A stretch of DNA of 64,000 nucleotides. It comes from Callorhinchus milii. Its lineage: Eukaryota. The notes beneath the pieces are model-generated. The model was not told where the DNA came from. It saw only the letters and a list, made by a program, of their open reading frames with translations, and did no database searches. The stretch's first letter is position 1. Every line of letters starts with the position of its first letter. Shown here piece by piece: positions 63,201-64,000 of the stretch. Where the stretch lies: NCBI RefSeq assembly GCF_018977255.1, contig NW_024704742.1:119228001-119292000 (forward strand), read 5' to 3'. Both the position numbers and the translations under genes were made by a program.

Positions 63201-64000
63201 TAAAAGCATCCACTGTCACCACATTTTCTGTTTTAATTCAGTATTAATTTTACCTCAATTAAAACTGAATTTAAGAATTTTTCAAAATACTGTGGAAAAT
63301 TTTAACCCCATGGGCCTTAAGCACACGGACATGAGCAATTTCAGGCCTGTGATCGTCTACCTCTTTGAAGCTTTCCTGAATGCCTCACATATGGCAAAGC
63401 CTTGATGTCTCTGATGTTGATGGAGGTCACTGTAATGGTTGTTAGAAATATATCACAGAAATGTACAACAACAACTTGCACTATACAGTGGCCTTCACAT
63501 GGGGTAGCTTCTCAGAGTGCTTATCAATGGCGTAATTTGATGACTACCTGGGGAAAAAAGTAAGGTGATTCGTTCGAAGAGGAAAGTCTTCAGGTGCAAT
63601 TTGAAGCTGGGCAAAGAGGGGCAAGTTTGAGGGATTAAGGCAGGGAGTTCCTGAGGTTCGGGGGTAGGACCTGAAAGCACTTCCCCTCATTTGGGTTCTC
63701 ATGCTTGCGCTGGCTCTCTTAAAAATCAATCCCTTTAGTGCCAATCTCCTGCCTTTTCCTATGCCCTTTTTCTGTATCAGCTTTTCATGCACAGGTATTT
63801 GTTTAATTCCCTCTTTAAAGCTTATATGGATTCGGCCTTGAACAAAGTTCAAGATAAAATATTCCACATTCTAACAACCCCCTTTGTCAGCACATTTCTG
63901 TTACCTATTCTAAACAACAGCAACAACAAGACTCTACCCCTTCATGCGGGATAGCGTCTTAGAGCACTAAACGGATTCCTTCATAATCAGGTCAGACCCC

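Noticed and set aside
1..64000. CRISPR-like or prokaryotic operon structure from the recurring gggacgtcctcccgacgtgaaa motif
   Set aside because: The motif is dispersed in both orientations at irregular spacing and is the shared LINE2/SINE 3' tail; the sequence is eukaryotic.

Overview
Vertebrate genomic DNA. The DeuSINE, LINE2 and CR1 repeat content suggests a cartilaginous fish, possibly the chimaera Callorhinchus milii (inference). The window holds the 5' end of PIK3R1 (PI3K regulatory subunit p85-alpha) on the minus strand. It comprises a CpG-island promoter (~46200-46960), a non-coding exon 1 (donor at 46411/46410), and exon 2 (44311-43585) with a uORF-rich 5' UTR and the SH3 + proline-rich coding segment. 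More than 43 kb of intron 2 runs off the left edge; I did not find the next exon. The coding exon has a 1-nt frameshift in a homopolymer, most likely an assembly error. The rest is repeat-dense: two tRNA-headed DeuSINE families, many LINE2 3' ends, one LINE2 EN-RT fragment, CR1 tails, MITE remnants, a non-autonomous Helitron-like element and a decayed 28S rRNA fragment. The best second-look items are a 39-bp palindrome with two NF-kB sites in the promoter, a train of uORFs including a 46-codon one, a SINE inserted antisense into its own tail-complementary site, a 122-bp inverted duplication, a templated-looking insertion with 30-bp direct repeats, and a pre-miRNA-like hairpin. I found no clearly new multi-gene system. 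Repeat coordinates are approximate and were read by eye.
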